From IMG/VR virus record IMGVR_UViG_3300022752_000015, positions 148,805 to 212,804 of that record: a stretch of 64,000 nucleotides of DNA; one strand, given 5' to 3'. How positions within the stretch are numbered: the stretch's first letter is position 1; every line of letters begins with the position of its first letter. Shown here piece by piece: positions 20,233-31,661 of this stretch. A model generated the notes under the pieces. It made no database searches and had not been told where the DNA came from. It saw only the letters and a list, made by a program, of their open reading frames with translations. The position numbers and the translations under genes are program-made.

Positions 20233-23200
20233 ATGTTTAGATTCCCTAAGTCAAGCAATGGAACGTTTCTTAAGTCAGGAAACATGCAAACAAGAGTTGT
20301 TAGTTCTGATTCAAACAACTCTAGAAAAACATCTACCGTTTATATACCAAAAAAAGACCTAGATCCGTCTTCTGATCCGTCTGCAACTTCTACAAATTCT
20401 CATAAACGTAAGTTAACAAAATATGAAGAACTAGCAAATCTTTCAGAAGACAGACCTGAAATGATTGCGCTAACTAATTTTTCTCCTATCTTGACTGATT
20501 CTCAAACAAAGACTGCATATGGAGAATTATTCGATCTATACGTAGAAACATTAAGGCAGATTGATGCTTCAACTCAATCTGCCATGAACTCAGAAAAAAA
20601 TAAGAAGTTAATAAAAGACAACAACAAACAGTTCAAACAACAAATTTCCATTTTGAGAAACAGATTGAGCGAACTCAATAACATTCTTAAAATGTTAGCA
20701 ACAGCCAACAAGAACATTAATTCTCACAACTCAATATACAGATTTTCTCCAACTGAGTTTGTTTCTAGAATGTTTGAAGGCTCGCAAAGAAAAACTAAAA
20801 AAGAAGATTTAGATGCCATAGCAGAAAAGCTACCTGAAACATTAACCCTAGAAACATCTCTGGCAGATGCTATCATCTCTACGCCTTCAACTGCAAAAAA
20901 TTATTCTTCTACAAAGCTATGGTTGATGTGTGTAGGTGAATTAGCAAAATTAATAAAAACTCACTCAAAGAAGTCTTTGAATGTAAATCCGCTTGAAGAA
21001 AAGCAGTCATCTATTAAAGGGCAGATTCCTCCTCTCGATGGTGGAAAAAACAGGATATCATTAAGTAGTATTCAAAAAAATGCTAATGTACCTTCAAATT
21101 TAGTGATTGCTCCCACTTTTCAAACTTCTCTTACTGATTCAGAACAAAAAAAATTAGAGCAAGCACAAAAAGACTTAAAAAATCTTGGAGTTTCTTTCGA
21201 AATTCCAACAGGAGTAAAAGATCAAAAAGTAAATCAACAGAAGTTAAATTCCGACTTAACATCTCTTGCTTCTAATTTAAAAGTATCTATGTTAGAAATA
21301 GATACAGCTCTTAACAATAATTTAAAAAGCGAAAATTATATAGCTCCTGTATTGATTCACTTGTTGTCAAAAGAGTTGAGACATTCTGCTTGTTTCGATC
21401 AAAACTTCCAATTTTTAAGAAATTTTCGTTCAACTGGGACAGGAGTCGTTAACTCTACAAATTACATTGAAAAAATATTTGGACAAGACCCAGGCGGTTT
21501 TGATGTTTTTCAGGCACCCAGTAAAAATGTTAACGTAAATTCATTTTCTTTATTTGATCTTACTTACTCTAGACATGTAGAAGATAGCTCTAAAATAGTG
21601 TTAACTCTTGAAGAGAATGAATCTTCTAACATGTCTACAACATTGGTTCCTGGAGGTCGTTATTTTTTTGATTCACAAGCGCTATTCAATAACATATCTC
21701 AAAATAGCATAAATCTATCTAGAATGTTTGAAATTTCTAGAGAAATTGAAAGATTAGATTCTGGCTTTTTTGAAATTATTTCAAACTTTGGATTTTTGCC
21801 GATAGATGACAGCATGTTTGAGACCATGAAAAATGACAGTTCTCAAAAACCTTCATTTACATCCTTTAATCCAGCAACTTTTGCTAAAAATATTCTTAAT
21901 GTTCTTGTCGATGGAGAAGGAAACTCTAAAACGTATGATTTTGCCGATAGAGAATCAGATCTTGAGATATTTGCTCAAAAAGACAGGGGAATAGTTGCTA
22001 TTTTAGCAAAAGCTGGAGAAAACAGTGATTTTGGTAGAGAACTAAGAGCTTCTCTATTAATTTCTTTGATTGAATTAGTGGAAGATTCTGTTAACGCAGG
22101 TAATAATGATGAAAATCTAAAGATGCTCTTGATTAATGAATCCAAAAACGTTCCTCCTGAGTTATTATCTCAAATAATCGCCGACCGCGCCGCATTTTCA
22201 GCTTTTTTTGGCGTGAGCAATTATAATGATATCTTTCAAAAGACTGCAGAAGTTCTTAAAACATCATTGACAGCTAATTACGAAAGCAAAAATATAATCA
22301 ATAGAATTCCTTGCAAATATGATAACACTGCAGATTTAGGAAATTCTCTAAGAAGTAACAAGTTATTTCTTTCAATTGTTAACATAATAAAAGATATCAA
22401 GGCTGCATTCTCTAACTATGCGACTTCAAGTTCTACCAATAACACTATTTTCTCTGAATTAAACATTAATACAATAATTGTGCTAGCTTTTACTGTTATT
22501 TGCTCGTTAGTCAAGAAATTCTCAGACAACAATTTTGCTGCTACTAATGCATTTCAAGATTTTTTAACGCCATACTCAAATGGCATAAATCTTTCAACGG
22601 CCAATGGAAATTTTTCATTAACCCCTGAAGACAAAAAATTTCTCGTAAGCGTAGGAGCTTCCTTTTACGAACTTGTCGTATATGTTGATTCTAATCCAAC
22701 AAATCATTCTATAGGCCAACAAGAAATTATCTCCATAATTGAAGACGAAATGAAAACTTTGACTTCAATGATATTTTCTGTAACCAATTTTTTGGATACC
22801 TTGAATGGAAAAATTCAAACGATATACAACACGATTAACAAATTCAATAAAGAAGCAATAGCTTATTTGCTAGGATATCTGGAAACTACTGAAAAGTTGT
22901 CAATTTTGATGAGAGAGCAACAACTTATGATGTTGCTCTCATCAGTAGAAGATGTGTATCAAAATTTTCAAACTTTTACTGAAAACTTTTCGACGGAAGA
23001 AACTGATCCTGATATGATCTTAGCGACCAAGTATCTTAAAAGCTTGCATTATTCTCCACAAATGGTATCAGTTTTACAAAGATTCTTTTCAGACTCAGAA
23101 TTCACTGAGACAAAAGGATACAATAAAAAAATTGCCACAATTGGAATTCCGCAAGGGTTGCTTAAAGGTTTGTTAAAAAATCCCTTGATGGCTGACAGTA

Positions 23201-24213
23201 ATAAACATAATGATATTATAAAGATCTTAATCTATAAGATAGACGTCTTTAATAGTGATATTGTGTATAAACCAAAGGAATTTTTGTTTGAAGCTTCTAG
23301 ATTTCCAACTCGTGTTTATTCATCAGTAAAGCCAATCAACACAGACGTGAGAGGAATCAGTGACATAGCTAATGCAATTCCAACTAGAAATTACTCTTTA
23401 TTTACAAGCTTGAACTTGATAGACACAGGAGCATCTACGTATTGGGACGATAAAACCAGCTCTTTTGGAGAAGAATATAATTTTCTAACATCAAGAGAAA
23501 AAAATGAAATTATAGAAAATCACATAACTAGTTTTCTTTTGGAAAATTACATAAAAATCTTGACAGGTTTTGATGTTGGAGATGTTCAATTTAATCTATC
23601 GAATATAGAAGCAGATGCTCTTGCTGAAGCTGGTAATTCAACTAACGATGACGTAACTAAGAATTTGCAAAGTTCTACTTCGACCACTAAAGATTCTAAA
23701 TCTTCTAACTCTTTATCTAAAGGATTAGGAAATGCAGGAAAATCTGTTTTAAATTCTTCTGGTCTCAATAAGATACCGAAGATAAAGAATGAAGCTTTAA
23801 AAAATTTGATAGTTGCAGATGTTTTGATTCCAAGACAAGATTTGTATATTAAGAACTTGGTTCAGCCTAAAAAATTTGATAGAGTCTTTAACATTATATT
23901 CGATCCTGAGTTTGAAATAGATTATGAAAAATCAACATCAACCCAAAGTAGTTCTTCTAAATTAGAATTTTTAATAAAAACTGCAAAATCTATTAAACAA
24001 AAAAGTAATCCCAATGTCTATGTTGATGTAGATAAATCTTTTGAAAATCCATCCCTAGACGCTTTTTTTGCGGTCGTAGAAACTCATGCAGAGCCTTTTG
24101 TTGCGGATCCAAAATTGTTAACTTCAATTCAAAAGAGCGAAAATGCGCAGGAATCAGCAAGAAAGCAACAAGACAAAAAATCCATAACGAAAAAAAGCGT
24201 TGGTAAGCTATAA
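20233..24213 (+). CDS. Very large hypothetical protein, probably virion-associated
   Basis: Uninterrupted 1326-aa ORF in the structural block; no recognised catalytic motif. Confidence 0.5.
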   Translation: MFRFPKSSNGTFLKSGNMQTRVVSSDSNNSRKTSTVYIPKKDLDPSSDPSATSTNSHKRKLTKYEELANLSEDRPEMIALTNFSPILTDSQTKTAYGELFDLYVETLRQIDASTQSAMNSEKNKKLIKDNNKQFKQQISILRNRLSELNNILKMLATANKNINSHNSIYRFSPTEFVSRMFEGSQRKTKKEDLDAIAEKLPETLTLETSLADAIISTPSTAKNYSSTKLWLMCVGELAKLIKTHSKKSLNVNPLEEKQSSIKGQIPPLDGGKNRISLSSIQKNANVPSNLVIAPTFQTSLTDSEQKKLEQAQKDLKNLGVSFEIPTGVKDQKVNQQKLNSDLTSLASNLKVSMLEIDTALNNNLKSENYIAPVLIHLLSKELRHSACFDQNFQFLRNFRSTGTGVVNSTNYIEKIFGQDPGGFDVFQAPSKNVNVNSFSLFDLTYSRHVEDSSKIVLTLEENESSNMSTTLVPGGRYFFDSQALFNNISQNSINLSRMFEISREIERLDSGFFEIISNFGFLPIDDSMFETMKNDSSQKPSFTSFNPATFAKNILNVLVDGEGNSKTYDFADRESDLEIFAQKDRGIVAILAKAGENSDFGRELRASLLISLIELVEDSVNAGNNDENLKMLLINESKNVPPELLSQIIADRAAFSAFFGVSNYNDIFQKTAEVLKTSLTANYESKNIINRIPCKYDNTADLGNSLRSNKLFLSIVNIIKDIKAAFSNYATSSSTNNTIFSELNINTIIVLAFTVICSLVKKFSDNNFAATNAFQDFLTPYSNGINLSTANGNFSLTPEDKKFLVSVGASFYELVVYVDSNPTNHSIGQQEIISIIEDEMKTLTSMIFSVTNFLDTLNGKIQTIYNTINKFNKEAIAYLLGYLETTEKLSILMREQQLMMLLSSVEDVYQNFQTFTENFSTEETDPDMILATKYLKSLHYSPQMVSVLQRFFSDSEFTETKGYNKKIATIGIPQGLLKGLLKNPLMADSNKHNDIIKILIYKIDVFNSDIVYKPKEFLFEASRFPTRVYSSVKPINTDVRGISDIANAIPTRNYSLFTSLNLIDTGASTYWDDKTSSFGEEYNFLTSREKNEIIENHITSFLLENYIKILTGFDVGDVQFNLSNIEADALAEAGNSTNDDVTKNLQSSTSTTKDSKSSNSLSKGLGNAGKSVLNSSGLNKIPKIKNEALKNLIVADVLIPRQDLYIKNLVQPKKFDRVFNIIFDPEFEIDYEKSTSTQSSSSKLEFLIKTAKSIKQKSNPNVYVDVDKSFENPSLDAFFAVVETHAEPFVADPKLLTSIQKSENAQESARKQQDKKSITKKSVGKL

Positions 24214-24225
24214 AGAGAAACGAAC

Positions 24226-26055
24226 ATGGGAATAAAATCAATACCGACAAGAATCATCTATTCAGTAGACGTACCTGAAGTCACTGAGTTGAAGACAGAA
24301 TTTGTTTACAATTATTATGTTCCTAATGAAGCTGTCAGAGACAAAGATATCTTAACCGATGACGCGATAAAAAATATGAATTTATCGCAAAATATCATCT
24401 CTAAACCACGTACTGAGTTAGCAGAATCTTATTTGGATTATGGTAGCAGAAAATTCCCAAGGTACGTAAAAATTACATTCAAAGGTCCTAAAAAGATACC
24501 TTACATAGAATCTGGAGAAGAGAACGACATAATTGCTCAAAATTTTGACAAGATTGTGTCAGAAAGTCAGTTTGCTACCAGCTATTACACTGCTGTAAAT
24601 TTAAAAAATAATGAAATAGACAAACAGACTGCTTCGATTTTTAAAAATGCTTCAATGCTGCTTCATGATACTGAAGAAATTGATTCTTCAAAGTCTGTAC
24701 AGTCTGTAAAAAATTTGGTAGGAAGTTCTAATGAAAAAGTAGTAGGAAATGTGCTAAGCCAGCAAGAATACATTTCTAACACTATCTATAAAAAAAATGA
24801 TGGTAAAAAAACAATAAACAACTACTTGAATAGTTTAAAGAATGTTTCGACCAACATGCAGATTAGTAATAATTTGCTATACGACTTGGTTCAAAGAGCA
24901 TCCAATGATTCATTGAATTTAAACAAGGACTCTTTTAAAAAATTAAAAAATTCGGTTGGTAATAAAAGAAATAGCAACAGCAATTTTGACCTGACCGAAG
25001 ATGAATTTAAGACGAACGTACAATATATCAATGTAGTATCTTCAGCGGATGATGCGAATGTTCCAACCACCTACAAGCTTGTTGGTTATGTTATAGAAAA
25101 AACAGAAATCTTCCCCGATGGAACCCAAAGAGATTTTAATCCAATTATTATAGAGGATCCAAGATCAACTAGCTATGCAGATTTTGATGTACGGTATGGT
25201 ACTGTCTACATTTACCAAGTTAAATCAATAATGGAAGCAACCTTTGCCGCTGTCGATAACGTCGGACTAGGAATATCGATGATCAGCTCTTTGATCAGTT
25301 CAAAACCTGTGATTTCTTATGTAGAAACGACAGAGGATATAGCTCCTCCTCCGCCTACAGGATTAAAGTTTGTTTGGGATTTTGACAGGATAAATCCTGT
25401 AACCGCAGAATTTGATCATATCTCGAACAGCATTATACCCGGAACTGGTGTTAGAGGAAGTTTATTAATTTGCTGGTCATTCCCAGTAAATTCGCAAATG
25501 GACATCAAAAAATTTCAAGTATTTAGAAGAAAAAATCTGGAACACCCATTTGAGTTATTAAAAGTTTTTGACTTTAACGATGCATCTATCAAATTCCCAG
25601 ATGATGAAAAAAAGATTGATCAAAAGTTGGTAGAAATAGTTACACCAAATCCAGAATCTTCTTATTATGATGATGATTTTTTTAAGAATTCAGAGTACAT
25701 TTACGCAGTTGCGTCTGTAGATGCTCACGGAATTAGCTCCAATTACTCTGAACAGTTTCAAGTGAAATTTGATCAATATGCAAATAAACTAATAATAAGA
25801 TTAGTTTCTACTCAAAATGCTCCTAAGAGTTATCCTAACATGTATCTTGAAAAAGATCTATTCTTGGATTCAGTAAAAACAAGCAACAAAAATACGATGC
25901 ATGTTTATTTCACACCAACCTGTTATTCCGTCAACAACGATAACGTCAAAACTGATGTAGTCGTGACAGAAAATGGAAGATACAAGATAAATTTTATAAA
26001 CATAGAGAATCAAGCTTCTACGCAACTCACTATTAACTTGAAAGATTTTCGATAG
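24226..26055 (+). CDS. Fn3-like domain protein, probably structural
   Basis: D.DV.YG.VY.YQV, PPPPTGL and YIYAVASVD.HG..SNYS Fn3-type motifs. Confidence 0.55.
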   Translation: MGIKSIPTRIIYSVDVPEVTELKTEFVYNYYVPNEAVRDKDILTDDAIKNMNLSQNIISKPRTELAESYLDYGSRKFPRYVKITFKGPKKIPYIESGEENDIIAQNFDKIVSESQFATSYYTAVNLKNNEIDKQTASIFKNASMLLHDTEEIDSSKSVQSVKNLVGSSNEKVVGNVLSQQEYISNTIYKKNDGKKTINNYLNSLKNVSTNMQISNNLLYDLVQRASNDSLNLNKDSFKKLKNSVGNKRNSNSNFDLTEDEFKTNVQYINVVSSADDANVPTTYKLVGYVIEKTEIFPDGTQRDFNPIIIEDPRSTSYADFDVRYGTVYIYQVKSIMEATFAAVDNVGLGISMISSLISSKPVISYVETTEDIAPPPPTGLKFVWDFDRINPVTAEFDHISNSIIPGTGVRGSLLICWSFPVNSQMDIKKFQVFRRKNLEHPFELLKVFDFNDASIKFPDDEKKIDQKLVEIVTPNPESSYYDDDFFKNSEYIYAVASVDAHGISSNYSEQFQVKFDQYANKLIIRLVSTQNAPKSYPNMYLEKDLFLDSVKTSNKNTMHVYFTPTCYSVNNDNVKTDVVVTENGRYKINFINIENQASTQLTINLKDFR

Positions 26056-26137
26056 GCGTTAATCAATTCTTGGCAAATAAAGGAAAGCAATATTTAACTA
26101 ACTAATACTTACGTGTAGATTTAAGAGTAGAGGAATT

Positions 26138-26857
26138 ATGGGTTTTCTTGATCATTCGACCAATAACATCATCCTTGATGCTGTTTTAACGGACACGGGC
26201 CGACAATTTTTGTCAAGAAATAATGGCGATTTTACTTTGACTAAGTTCGCTCTGGGAGATGATGAAGTAAACTACAGCATTATACAAAAATACGGTAGAA
26301 CGGTAGGCAGAGAAAAAATCGAAAAAAACACTCCTATTTTTGAAGCATTAACGAATCAAGCTCATTCTCAGAAATATAGGCTCATAAGTGTATCTAATCC
26401 TAATTTAGTTAGATTACCGAGCTTCACATACACTGGAGATGCAGCTTCATCTGGAAGTGTTATAACCTTATACACCGTGTCTACTTCTGGAAAAGCTACA
26501 TCTTCTAAGATTAATTTAGAACAGACAGTGCTGAATGAAACGTTGATTGATGTCGAATTAAGAGATCAAACTTTTATTGTTGACGTACCAAATTTGTTCT
26601 TGTTGGTAGATTCTGGTAACAAATCTCCAAACAATATAGACAATCAGCAAAGAGCGTATTATACTCTTACCAAATCAGGAACTAATAGCATAGCTGGATC
26701 TACTTTAATGTTTACTGTTAATGCAAAATCTTTAACGCAAACTGTATTTGATGTGTACGGAACAGGTACACAAAAAAATACAATAAAGACCTATGTTCGC
26801 GTGACAGGTATGCAATCAGGCGCTGTGAAAGACATAGCCGTTGAACTCAAACGTTGA
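26138..26857 (+). CDS. Probable tail/baseplate structural protein
   Basis: GFLD..IILDAVLTD.GR..L...ITKFALGDDEVNY-type N-terminus; GAGG SD; structural context. Confidence 0.55.
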   Translation: MGFLDHSTNNIILDAVLTDTGRQFLSRNNGDFTLTKFALGDDEVNYSIIQKYGRTVGREKIEKNTPIFEALTNQAHSQKYRLISVSNPNLVRLPSFTYTGDAASSGSVITLYTVSTSGKATSSKINLEQTVLNETLIDVELRDQTFIVDVPNLFLLVDSGNKSPNNIDNQQRAYYTLTKSGTNSIAGSTLMFTVNAKSLTQTVFDVYGTGTQKNTIKTYVRVTGMQSGAVKDIAVELKR

Positions 26858-26869
26858 AAAAAGAAATAT

Positions 26870-28078
26870 ATGGCCACCTATAAAAACTTAGATCCATCAG
26901 ACGTAAAAACTGCTCGTTCTTTTTTAAGTCAATTGATTGACGTAATTCAAGAAGACATCAGCGGATCAACTTCAAGAAGAAAATATCAAGTTTTCGTAAC
27001 TGGAGGTGTTGGTCCCGGAATTACGTCTTCATTATTTCAAACCGTCTATGATCAAGATTTTACGTTACAAACGGCTAACCCTGTTTTTGACTGTACTGTT
27101 GGAATTTATCCCAACTCGGATATTACTTCATCTTCTTTATCATCAGTAGATTCCGCAGGAAAAGAAATTTTTCCTTCATCTTCATTGATGATGAGAGAAA
27201 AGCTTGACAACTATCGTCAGTTTGCGCAACTTTTGTTAGGAGATGCTAATTCTCAATTTGTCGCTCCATATGGATCAGTTAGCGCAAATGATAAAATTGA
27301 TGCCGCGTTCTTTATAGCATTTAAGAGATTATTCGCTCGTGATGCGATAAAGAGAGAATCATTTGCAATGAGATTCTTTCAATCAGCTTCTCTTTGCAGA
27401 TACGACGGAGCTCCTAACATTCCTAATCTTTATAAAACATCAGAGATTGGAATGTCGATTTACACTGATATCGGAGCTTCCACCAACAAACTAACTGAGT
27501 TTGGTGGTCAATTAGGCAACATAGTTGATGCCGCTGACACGAATAGAACTGTCGGTCTGCTGTTCTATGACAGAGGAATTGCCGTGATGGATCTAGAAAA
27601 GATCACATCAGCTAGCCAATTCGTGTCTGGAAATATTGATGCCATGTCTCCAACAGGATTGGCTGTGTTAGGTGGACCTGGGACCGAAACTTCAGGAATC
27701 TCTAAATTTATTCCTGACTTTATAGTTTCAGCTTCTATTGACAATGTAGTAGATCACATTTGTGCCACCAGATTTAGTTCGGGATCGCAGACGGCAATTA
27801 CTTTTCAAAACACGACAAATATTAACAGCACGTTAGTCTTTTGCAGAGCAGCGGCTGATGAGTTCAACTATTCTTCGAATCCTACTTTTACAGATTCACA
27901 AAACAGAATAGTTGTAATTGATTCGGGGCAAGAAGACACGCAACAGACTTTCACTTTCGTGACGTCGGTTGGGCTTTATGATCCGAATGATAACTTGCTC
28001 GCAGTTGCTAAGTTAAGTAGACCAGTAGAGAAGAGTCCAGAAAGAGACTTGACCTTTAGAGTACGTCTAGATTTCTGA
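26870..28078 (+). CDS. Probable tail/baseplate structural protein
   Basis: C-terminal FNYSSNPTF...VGLYD..LLAVAKLSRPVEK..RLDF domain shared with the next ORF. Confidence 0.55.
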   Translation: MATYKNLDPSDVKTARSFLSQLIDVIQEDISGSTSRRKYQVFVTGGVGPGITSSLFQTVYDQDFTLQTANPVFDCTVGIYPNSDITSSSLSSVDSAGKEIFPSSSLMMREKLDNYRQFAQLLLGDANSQFVAPYGSVSANDKIDAAFFIAFKRLFARDAIKRESFAMRFFQSASLCRYDGAPNIPNLYKTSEIGMSIYTDIGASTNKLTEFGGQLGNIVDAADTNRTVGLLFYDRGIAVMDLEKITSASQFVSGNIDAMSPTGLAVLGGPGTETSGISKFIPDFIVSASIDNVVDHICATRFSSGSQTAITFQNTTNINSTLVFCRAAADEFNYSSNPTFTDSQNRIVVIDSGQEDTQQTFTFVTSVGLYDPNDNLLAVAKLSRPVEKSPERDLTFRVRLDF

Positions 28079-28100
28079 TCCTTAACGAGTTGAAGCGTGA

Positions 28101-30596
28101 ATGTCAATATACAAAGTAAACCCGACCGACTTTCAAAGCATCACTGTCGCCACTAATCCTAGTAGATATTATTCTTCAAGCTCAAGTGGCGTCACGGGAT
28201 CCGTTCACGTTTTTGCGCGCAGATCAAAAATAGAAAAAGAGACAGCGCCTTTATCTTCCTTCATTGAAGCGACACACAATGACGTTGACATCGCTTCGAC
28301 GATACAGGGAATAAAGCAACAGATAAAAAGTAAAAAGAATTCGACGACAGGCTCAATAGATGTAAAAAATGCAGTCGAATCTTTTTTAAATTTTGTAAAT
28401 GATCAGGGAGTATCTGCAAAGAAGAAAAAAGTTCTTGACGTAATAAGATTCACACCTTCTTTTAACTTCACTTCGAATACAGTGCGAAAGATGGTGATAA
28501 AAGAGAACTTATCTTCTTATTACAGAGGTGCATACCCATCATCTCACTGGGCTTATGTTAACTATAATTCTTTAAATTTTTTTTCTTCTTCCGATATCCC
28601 ATCTTCATCGGTCCTGTTGTATCCTAACTATGACAATGGGACAATCCACGAAGGTTACTCCTACGGCGCTTACATGCCAAGTGGAGCCATCAGTTTTGAT
28701 TTTTACATAAATCCCAGATATAACAATATAGATGAAGGATTTAAAGCAGGAACCATTTTTCATCTTTCATCAACGTATGCGTTATCTTTGGTGTCAGGTA
28801 GCTTAAAAGATGGTCGAGGACGACCCCTGGGGTTTAAGATGCTGTTACAGCTAAGTCACAGCGCCGATATTCCTCCATCAATTGCTACGCAAGGTTCTTA
28901 CCCAAATAATTTAGTATTTGAGTCTCAGGACAATGCATTGACATTTAATAAATGGCATCATGTTGTCGTCAGGTGGGGTACAAGTGAAATTAATGCAGGT
29001 ACCGGTTCATTCAATGTTGACGGAGTTGACAAAGGTTACTTTGTAGTTCCTTCCGGAACAATAGCTCCGTTGGTATTTCCAGACAACGGAACCGATCCAA
29101 CAAATCCAGATGTTTTGTGCATCGGAAATTATTACGAAGGCAGTAATAGTGGGTTTAATACTCTTAAAAGTTTTTTTGCAAGAGACACGTCTAACAGAGA
29201 AGGTCTGTTAGAACTAGATCCAGCGACGGGCGTAGATGAACCTGACAAATATGCTTTTAATCACCCTCTTAGAGCAGAGGTCCATGATTTATCAATAAAA
29301 AACTACTATATGTCAGAAGCCGACTTACAAGTTTCTAGCTCGATAGGTCCTTCAAGCATTGATTCTAGAGTGGCTTTTTATGTTCCTCCTTTCTTTGTCG
29401 AAGCAACGCCTGTTAGAAAATTCGTAAATACGTGGGGAGGAATACTACAAACTCCTTTTATTGAAGTCGATGGAACCACGGCTGATCCATTCAACATTGC
29501 AATGGCATTTGGTGTGGCAGGCCATTACATCAACACTGAAAACTTTTTAAAAGATTTTGCCACCAACAACTTTCCTAGGCAACATCACCTTTCAGCATCA
29601 GCATTAAACAGCACAACGACAGCTAGATCAGCGAATGAATTTCTTTACGATCAACCTATGGTCAGAAAAAGAAACTTGTTGATCATGCCATGTGATGATG
29701 GAAATTTCTATCCTGATTACGATTTGCTTAAGAATGAAGAATTGCAAAACCTCTATTCAGATGATTTAGATAACTTCACTCCTGGATTTATCAGCCTTAA
29801 TAACATGCTTTTGACATCTTCATTAGTGTTTAACACCTCTTTTGAAGATTCTGAATCTACTAATAAAGCAGAAAAAGACCCAGATTTCTTCATAAAAGAG
29901 ACGATCGGCGTCACGCCTGAAAATCCCGCTTCATCTGGTGGGCCTGCTTACAAGAATTATTTGAGAAATACCAACAAAGCAATTTATGCAGGACAATCAG
30001 GACAAGGTCTTCAAGAAAATGCTCCATTGACGATATATCAAAGAACAGGAGATTCTAGCTCTAATCAAGTAACTTTCTTTGATATCAGCAATCTGTACTA
30101 TGGGATGAGTATTTTACCCGGCAGTTTCATGATAAAAGATGTTTCTCTTTCAGGCTCTAACGGAGAAATGAAGATTACCATTAGAGACAACGGCAACGGA
30201 GGGTTGTATAGAGCAGATAGCGATTCGCCTACTTGCAAGTGGAACACTGTAGGAACAATCTATTACAATGAAGGAATCATTGCAATAAAGAGTCCGCATC
30301 TGTACTTCTTTGGTAAGGAAAACTTTGAAGTTTCATTTAAAGGTGAACAAAACATTCACGTTTTGAAGTTAGACATGTCAGCACCAGTCAATCATCTAAA
30401 TTCATCTTCAAATCCCACATTCGTGAAGGTTCCATCCACGCTGAATCCTAATGAATATGACTCTGACTTCGTGTATATTTCAGGCATAAATTTTCATGAT
30501 GATAATCTAAACGTGATCATGAAAACTCAGCTTGCACAGCCCATCATGAAACGACACTCTGATAAGATAGCTTTCAGAGTGAAATACGATTGGTAA
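28101..30596 (+). CDS. Probable structural protein with LamG-like domain
   Basis: ISFDFYI...WHHVVVRW LamG/concanavalin-like motif; C-terminal domain paralogous to the 26870 ORF. Confidence 0.55.
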   Translation: MSIYKVNPTDFQSITVATNPSRYYSSSSSGVTGSVHVFARRSKIEKETAPLSSFIEATHNDVDIASTIQGIKQQIKSKKNSTTGSIDVKNAVESFLNFVNDQGVSAKKKKVLDVIRFTPSFNFTSNTVRKMVIKENLSSYYRGAYPSSHWAYVNYNSLNFFSSSDIPSSSVLLYPNYDNGTIHEGYSYGAYMPSGAISFDFYINPRYNNIDEGFKAGTIFHLSSTYALSLVSGSLKDGRGRPLGFKMLLQLSHSADIPPSIATQGSYPNNLVFESQDNALTFNKWHHVVVRWGTSEINAGTGSFNVDGVDKGYFVVPSGTIAPLVFPDNGTDPTNPDVLCIGNYYEGSNSGFNTLKSFFARDTSNREGLLELDPATGVDEPDKYAFNHPLRAEVHDLSIKNYYMSEADLQVSSSIGPSSIDSRVAFYVPPFFVEATPVRKFVNTWGGILQTPFIEVDGTTADPFNIAMAFGVAGHYINTENFLKDFATNNFPRQHHLSASALNSTTTARSANEFLYDQPMVRKRNLLIMPCDDGNFYPDYDLLKNEELQNLYSDDLDNFTPGFISLNNMLLTSSLVFNTSFEDSESTNKAEKDPDFFIKETIGVTPENPASSGGPAYKNYLRNTNKAIYAGQSGQGLQENAPLTIYQRTGDSSSNQVTFFDISNLYYGMSILPGSFMIKDVSLSGSNGEMKITIRDNGNGGLYRADSDSPTCKWNTVGTIYYNEGIIAIKSPHLYFFGKENFEVSFKGEQNIHVLKLDMSAPVNHLNSSSNPTFVKVPSTLNPNEYDSDFVYISGINFHDDNLNVIMKTQLAQPIMKRHSDKIAFRVKYDW

Positions 30597-30608
30597 CAGA
30601 TCTAGTTC

Positions 30609-31001
30609 ATGACAGTAAAAAAGAGAAAGAAAAAAGGAAGGTATCATAGAGGTACTCATAATTCTCCTCTGGCTGGCGAGTGTAAATTTCGTTCAGGATG
30701 GGAGCAAAAGTACATGGAGTATTTAGATGCTGACCCGAACGTAGAATCTTGGTCTTACGAAAAGATCGTTATCAAATACATCTCTAATAAGTCTTCAGGA
30801 AAAATTCGAAAGTACTATCCTGATTTTTTTGTGAAGATGAAAAATGGCGATCTACTCGTCGTGGAGATCAAACAAAAAAGGAAGTTAGATTCCTCGGCCG
30901 TCAAGAAAAAATCGGCAGCGGCACAACAGTGGTGCATGATCAACAATGCCTCTTTCTTAATTCTTACTGAATTAGAATTAAAAGATATGGGAATCTTATA
31001 A
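30609..31001 (+). CDS. Head completion nuclease (T4 gp4-like, TnsA N-terminal PD-(D/E)xK)
   Basis: FRSGWE, W.YE, YYPDF and VEIK motifs. Confidence 0.8.
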   Translation: MTVKKRKKKGRYHRGTHNSPLAGECKFRSGWEQKYMEYLDADPNVESWSYEKIVIKYISNKSSGKIRKYYPDFFVKMKNGDLLVVEIKQKRKLDSSAVKKKSAAAQQWCMINNASFLILTELELKDMGIL

Positions 31002-31041
31002 AAAGATTTTACCTGATGTCACCTGATGATGATAATCAGAT

Positions 31042-31599
31042 GTGTCAAAAATTGTTTTAGGTCTTGACGTTTCAACTTCAGTGACAGGTGTTTGCGTTAT
31101 AGATAAAGATGTTCAACCTGATGACAAGGGTTCTCACATCCTTCTCCTCGACAAAGTAGAGTTCAAGAAGTGTAAAACATTTTGGGAGAAGTCTGATGTT
31201 ATTGAATCAGTTTTATCAGACATATTCCATCGACAGAAACTAGCACCAGTCGTATTCGCTCTTGAGGAACCGTTGTTGGGATTTCAAAAAGGAATGTCAT
31301 CAGCAACAACCATCACCACCCTCATGAGGTTTAATGGTATAGTTTCTTATATCGGTAGAAGAATATTTCAGGTGGACCCAACCTACATCTCATCCTCGCA
31401 CGCCAGAAAACTATGCGGAATAAAGATGCAACGAACATCTATCGCCGGAATGAATGGTAAGGAGCAGGTCTTCAAACACATGTCTGAAAACGACCTGAAG
31501 CATGTGGATTGGCCGAAGAAGAAAAATGGTCAACCCGTCGATTGGAGCCGTGATGCTACAGATGCATATGTAATAGCTCGAGCTGCATGTCTCTTATAA
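31042..31599 (+). CDS. RuvC-like Holliday junction resolvase
   Basis: VLGLDVSTSVTG, ALEEP and C-terminal DATDAYVIA catalytic pattern. Confidence 0.75.
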   Translation: MSKIVLGLDVSTSVTGVCVIDKDVQPDDKGSHILLLDKVEFKKCKTFWEKSDVIESVLSDIFHRQKLAPVVFALEEPLLGFQKGMSSATTITTLMRFNGIVSYIGRRIFQVDPTYISSSHARKLCGIKMQRTSIAGMNGKEQVFKHMSENDLKHVDWPKKKNGQPVDWSRDATDAYVIARAACLL

Positions 31600-31661
31600 T
31601 TTTTGTAAATGATATTTCTTAACTATAATATAATTAGTTACATCCCAAAGGAGTATTTCAC

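Noticed and set aside
30609-31001. Tn7-like transposon suggested by the TnsA-like domain
   Set aside because: No tnsB/tnsC genes or transposon ends; size and context fit a T4 gp4-type head completion nuclease.
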